DNA from: Candidatus Odinarchaeia archaeon
Lineage (GTDB): Archaea; Asgardarchaeota; Odinarchaeia; Odinarchaeales; Odinarchaeaceae
Assembly (NCBI GenBank): GCA_029856525.1
Contig: JAHQXC010000055.1
Coordinates: 1 to 9,060, forward strand
Direction of reading: 5' to 3'
Length of the DNA: 9,060 nt
Shown: one piece after another, positions 6,415 through 9,060 of the stretch
Position numbering within the stretch: position 1 is the stretch's first letter
How the letters are laid out: every line of letters starts with the position of its first letter
Notes under the pieces: model-generated
The model's database searches: none
Told to the model about the DNA's origin: nothing
What the model saw: only the letters and a program-made list of their open reading frames with translations
Position numbers and translations under genes: made by a program

Positions 6415-6431
6415 TATTTAAAAAACTTTCT
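6415..6431 (-). promoter_or_regulatory. Putative archaeal BRE/TATA promoter of the membrane-arm operon
   Basis: Minus strand reads AGAAAG-TTTTTTAAATA: a purine-rich BRE-like element followed by TTTAAATA, ending 52 nt upstream of ATG 6362. This implies a leader of about 30 nt containing the SD. Confidence 0.55.
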
Positions 6432-6497
6432 ATGATTAAGTTGATTCAGTATTTTATAAGTAAAACAGCTTTTATTTAATTAAAATTAGATTTTTAA

Positions 6498-6514
6498 GTG
6501 AAAATCTTATATAA
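6498..6514 (+). promoter_or_regulatory. Putative archaeal BRE/TATA promoter of the GTPase gene
   Basis: GTGAAAATC-TTATATAA (TATA at 6507-6514), 39 nt upstream of ATG 6554. The region is AT-rich, so alternative boxes such as TTTTTATAA (6515-6523) are possible. Confidence 0.5.
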
Positions 6515-6553
6515 TTTTTATAATAATGATACGGAAAAGGGAAGTGAATTAAA

Positions 6554-7144
6554 ATGCCCTCCAGGGATCAAGACGGCAGACTCGTATTCAAACTAGTATA
6601 TTGGGGGCCAAGTCTAGGAGGTAAAACCACCTCTGTAAAATGGTTGCACGCTAATGAAGGCAACTTAGTTGAGGGAAATCTTCAAAGCATAACTGATCCG
6701 ACAGGGCGGACACTCTTCTTCGACAGGATGACAGCCGGGGTTGCAGGTGTTAAATTCCAGATATGGACGGTAGCCGGTCAGAAAAGACATAAATATCAGC
6801 GAAAAGTTATTTTACAAGGCGTGGACGGGCTTGTTTTTGTATGGGATTCATCACCTGATCAATTAGAAGAGAATATTTGGAGTCTAGATGAGCTTAAAGA
6901 GTTTTTAGACGGCTTAGTTGGGACAGAGATCCCGTTTATAGTAATGCTGAATAAAAGAGATTTACCTAACGCAATACCGAAAGAGAAGGTTAAAGAAATA
7001 TTAGCCCAGTATGGTTTCCCAGCCTCGGTAATATATGAAACAGTAGCTGTTACAGGTGAAAATGTTAGAAGAGCATTCATACAAATCTGCAGAGAAGTGG
7101 TTCTCAAACACTATCAGAAGATAACTAATAAAGCTAAATGCTAA
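6554..7144 (+). CDS. mglA: MglA-family small GTPase (Ras superfamily), 196 aa
   Basis: KLVYWGPSLGGKTT (G1), GRTLFFD (MglA switch I with Arg52/Thr53), WTVAGQ (MglA-type TxxGQ G3 lacking the usual Asp, Gln76), RKVILQGVDGLVFVWDS, NKRDLP (G4, 133-136) and ETVAVTGENV (G5). These closely follow the recalled Myxococcus MglA consensus (KIVYYGP..GKTT, RTLFFD, YTVPGQ, ILKGVDGVVFVADS, NKRDLP). Confidence 0.9.
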   Translation: MPSRDQDGRLVFKLVYWGPSLGGKTTSVKWLHANEGNLVEGNLQSITDPTGRTLFFDRMTAGVAGVKFQIWTVAGQKRHKYQRKVILQGVDGLVFVWDSSPDQLEENIWSLDELKEFLDGLVGTEIPFIVMLNKRDLPNAIPKEKVKEILAQYGFPASVIYETVAVTGENVRRAFIQICREVVLKHYQKITNKAKC

Positions 7145-7160
7145 AAATAATATAATAATA

Positions 7161-7169
7161 TTTTAATAA
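7161..7169 (+). promoter_or_regulatory. Putative TATA box for a leaderless endonuclease Q transcript
   Basis: TTTTAATAA centred about 26 nt upstream of ATG 7191, and no SD before this ATG. Confidence 0.4.
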
Positions 7170-7183
7170 GCTGTTTAACTCAG

Positions 7184-7190
7184 TTTTTTT
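7184..7190 (+). terminator. T7 tract, possible terminator of the GTPase transcript
   Basis: TTTTTTT about 40 nt after the GTPase stop (7144) and directly before ATG 7191. Confidence 0.4.
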
Positions 7191-8504
7191 ATGGTTGATT
7201 ATATAGCAGACCTGCACATACACGGCAAGTATTCAGGAGGCTGCTCTAAAAATTTAGATATCGAGCAATTAACATACTACGCTACGCTGAAAGGTGTATC
7301 GATACTCGCAACCGGTGATTTCACTTATCCGAAGTGGCTGTCTGAGCTTGAAAACAAATTAGTCTTCGACGAGAATACGGGGAGTTACCTCTTCGAGAAG
7401 AATAATTTTAAAGTTTATTTTATACTTCAAACTGAAGTTAACACTATAGCAGAAGACGGGAAAGGTGAAGGTAAAAGAATACATCATATTATTTTAGCCC
7501 CGACATTCGATGTAGCAAAGCAGATAAACGATGTTTTATCCCGCTATGGAAATTTAGAAGCTGATGCCAGACCTACATTAAAAATACTGATCCCGGAGTT
7601 CATAGAAGTCCTTAAAGAAATAGATGATCTTATCGAGATTATACCAGCTCACATATTCACTCCATGGTATGGGTTACTAGGCTCATTTAACGGTTACGAC
7701 CATATTAGAGACTGTTATGAAAACAAGCTATCTGAAATTCACTGTTTAGAAACCGGTTTAAGCGCTGATCCAACCTATATTCACGCAATATCATGGCTGG
7801 ACGGTTACTCGATTATTTCATGCAGTGACCTACATAGTTTTTACCCTCACAGATTAGGAAGAGAAGCCACTGTGTTTAATCTTAGAAAACCTTCATATAA
7901 GGAGATAATAGAAGCGATTAGATTAAACGATGAAAGATTAAAAATGACTATCGAATTCAGACCTGAAGAAGGTAAATATAATTATGATGGATGCCGACCG
8001 GACCACCATAAAAACAGAGAAGACTTCTATTCGCATCCTTATATAACTGATAAAATTAAAAACTGCCCTATATGCAAGAGAAAAATTACAAGAGGTGTTT
8101 TAAGCAGGGTCATCCAGCTCTCAGATAGGCCTCTAGGATTTAAACGAGAGAAAGCTAAACCATTCAAGTATTTACTGCCTTTAACAGAGATAATCGCCTA
8201 CACTTACAATATATCTTCACCATGGTCTAGTAAAGTTATAGAGATATATAAGAAACTCGTCACCGTCTATGGCTCAGAGTATAATCTTCTTCTATCAGAT
8301 AGCGTAGACTACTCTGATCTTAAACAGTATGTAGATGAGCAACTAGCGTTGAATATATGCGCGGTGAAAAAAGGGGAATTCTACTTTGACCCCCCGGGAC
8401 ACGACGGTGTTTACGGTAAATTAAAAATAGGAGTTAGAGAACAGACAGCTGAATATAAAAAAGAAAATAAAAATATCGGTCAAAAACTTTTAACAGAATA
8501 TTAA
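7191..8504 (+). CDS. endoQ: Endonuclease Q family protein (PHP-domain nuclease with Zn finger; nicks at deaminated bases/AP sites in characterised members), 437 aa
   Basis: DLHIHGKYS, KGVSILATGD, TEV, RIHH, PAHIFTPW, ETGLSAD, SDLHS, HRLGRE, GKY, CPIC...GVLSRV..L.DRP, LPLTEII, YGSEYNLL and PGHDGVYGKL. All match recalled EndoQ/COG1379 motifs in order. Stand-alone, with no UvrD fusion. Confidence 0.9.
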   Translation: MVDYIADLHIHGKYSGGCSKNLDIEQLTYYATLKGVSILATGDFTYPKWLSELENKLVFDENTGSYLFEKNNFKVYFILQTEVNTIAEDGKGEGKRIHHIILAPTFDVAKQINDVLSRYGNLEADARPTLKILIPEFIEVLKEIDDLIEIIPAHIFTPWYGLLGSFNGYDHIRDCYENKLSEIHCLETGLSADPTYIHAISWLDGYSIISCSDLHSFYPHRLGREATVFNLRKPSYKEIIEAIRLNDERLKMTIEFRPEEGKYNYDGCRPDHHKNREDFYSHPYITDKIKNCPICKRKITRGVLSRVIQLSDRPLGFKREKAKPFKYLLPLTEIIAYTYNISSPWSSKVIEIYKKLVTVYGSEYNLLLSDSVDYSDLKQYVDEQLALNICAVKKGEFYFDPPGHDGVYGKLKIGVREQTAEYKKENKNIGQKLLTEY

Positions 8505-8519
8505 ACAGTTTTACTGTTT
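8503..8519. repeat. 7-bp inverted repeat AAACAGT-TTT-ACTGTTT at the convergent endoQ/gcvH junction
   Basis: Read directly from the sequence. It overlaps the endoQ stop (8502-8504) and spans the gcvH stop (8511-8513). Confidence 0.6.
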
Positions 8520-8939
8520 CAGTTTCTCTTTAATCTCCTTCTCCATCCAGCTTTTAATATCTTCAGGTGAATGGTGAAGTGTTTTAAGCTCAGCCTCCAA
8601 GTTAGTAGGTTTAATCACCACAAGCCAGCCTTCACCGTAAGGGGATTCATTTATCAAGCTAGGCTTAGATTTCAAAGCAGGATTAACCTCTAAGATTACA
8701 CCGGTTAAAGGCGACTTCAGAGAACCCACCCATTTACCCGTCTCTATGGAGACAAAACTTTTACCGGCTTGAATCTCCTTACCCTCCGGCTTAGTTCTAG
8801 CGAAAAGAATTTTCCCAGCGATATACTGGCCGAAATCGTTAAGGCCTAGTCTAGCCTTACCGTCTTCGATCTTAACCCATATATGGTCGTCGTTGTAATA
8901 TAAGTCGTCGGGTAACTCGAATCTGTCTATTTTAACCAT
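8511..8939 (-). CDS. gcvH: Glycine cleavage H-protein-like lipoyl carrier (GcvH/LbpA-like), 142 aa
   Basis: LPDDLYYNDDHIWVKIE, ARLGLNDFGQYIAGKI, lipoyl-Lys69 in SIETGKWVGSLKSPLTG, EVNPAL, and INESPYGEGWL. Confidence 0.92.
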   Translation of the reverse strand: MVKIDRFELPDDLYYNDDHIWVKIEDGKARLGLNDFGQYIAGKILFARTKPEGKEIQAGKSFVSIETGKWVGSLKSPLTGVILEVNPALKSKPSLINESPYGEGWLVVIKPTNLEAELKTLHHSPEDIKSWMEKEIKEKLKQ

Positions 8940-8943
8940 CAGA

Positions 8944-8953
8944 CACTCCTCCT
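8944..8953 (-). promoter_or_regulatory. Shine-Dalgarno (AGGAGGAGTG) for gcvH
   Basis: Minus strand reads TAT-AGGAGGAGTG-TCTG-ATG. Confidence 0.75.
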
Positions 8954-8991
8954 ATAAATCCTAAATTGTGAAGCTGATATATTTTTACTAC

Positions 8992-9006
8992 CTTAAAAAT
9001 TTTTTC
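8992..9006 (-). promoter_or_regulatory. Putative BRE/TATA promoter of gcvH
   Basis: Minus strand reads GAAAAAA-TTTTTAAG, ending 52 nt upstream of ATG 8939, the same geometry as the operon promoter. Confidence 0.45.
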
Positions 9007-9060
9007 AATAAATTTCTATAAGCTAACCACAGCTAAACATAAGGCTTCCTCATCTTTTTT

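Noticed and set aside
6291-6479. 62-aa + strand ORF
   Set aside because: Overlaps the nuoJ-N start and the promoter region antisense. Low-complexity AT-rich sequence with no SD or family signature.
6859-7107. 82-aa - strand ORF
   Set aside because: Antisense shadow inside the MglA gene.
7191-8504. endoQ looks more AT-rich than the membrane-arm genes (possible horizontal transfer)
   Set aside because: Judged by eye and not computed. It is explainable by amino-acid composition (Lys/Ile/Glu/Tyr-rich soluble protein versus Gly/Ala-rich membrane proteins), and there are no mobility genes or flanking repeats.
9016-9060. Possible 3' end of an upstream minus-strand gene (KKDEEALCLAVVSL*, TAG at 9018-9016)
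   Set aside because: Only 14 codons are visible, too short to support as a CDS. It needs flanking sequence.
1-9060. tRNA, rRNA, CRISPR array, IS/transposase, integrase or defence genes
   Set aside because: None seen. All intergenic gaps are under 200 bp and AT-rich, with no cloverleaf, spaced direct repeats or terminal inverted repeats. EndoQ is best explained as a repair enzyme.

Overview
Gene-dense prokaryotic window, most likely archaeal (BRE/TATA-like promoters, oligo-T terminators, AGGAGG/GGAGTG Shine-Dalgarno motifs). An Asgard-type host is plausible but unproven. From left to right it contains: (1) the 3' end of a conserved-looking hypothetical gene (2-253, +); (2) a tightly coupled six-gene minus-strand operon (6362->291) encoding only the membrane ion-translocating arm of a complex I / Fpo / group-4-hydrogenase / Mrp-superfamily complex, in nuo order: split NuoJ (two genes), NuoK/MrpC-like, NuoL, NuoM and a NuoN-position MrpD/MbhH-like subunit; (3) a divergent MglA-family small GTPase with no adjacent MglB/roadblock gene; (4) an endonuclease Q-family PHP/Zn-finger DNA-repair nuclease; (5) a convergent GcvH-like lipoyl carrier with an E-x-G-K-W-V-G motif. 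No rRNA, tRNA, CRISPR array, mobile element or long repeat was seen. The most unusual points are that the membrane arm appears to be a self-contained transcription unit with no NuoH/NuoA, redox or MrpE/F/G genes, that it mixes Nuo and Mrp/Mbh signatures, and that two canonical proton-pathway lysines are replaced (TM7 K->T in the N-position subunit, TM8 K->E in NuoM). All family assignments and reference residue numbers come from recalled motifs, not database searches.
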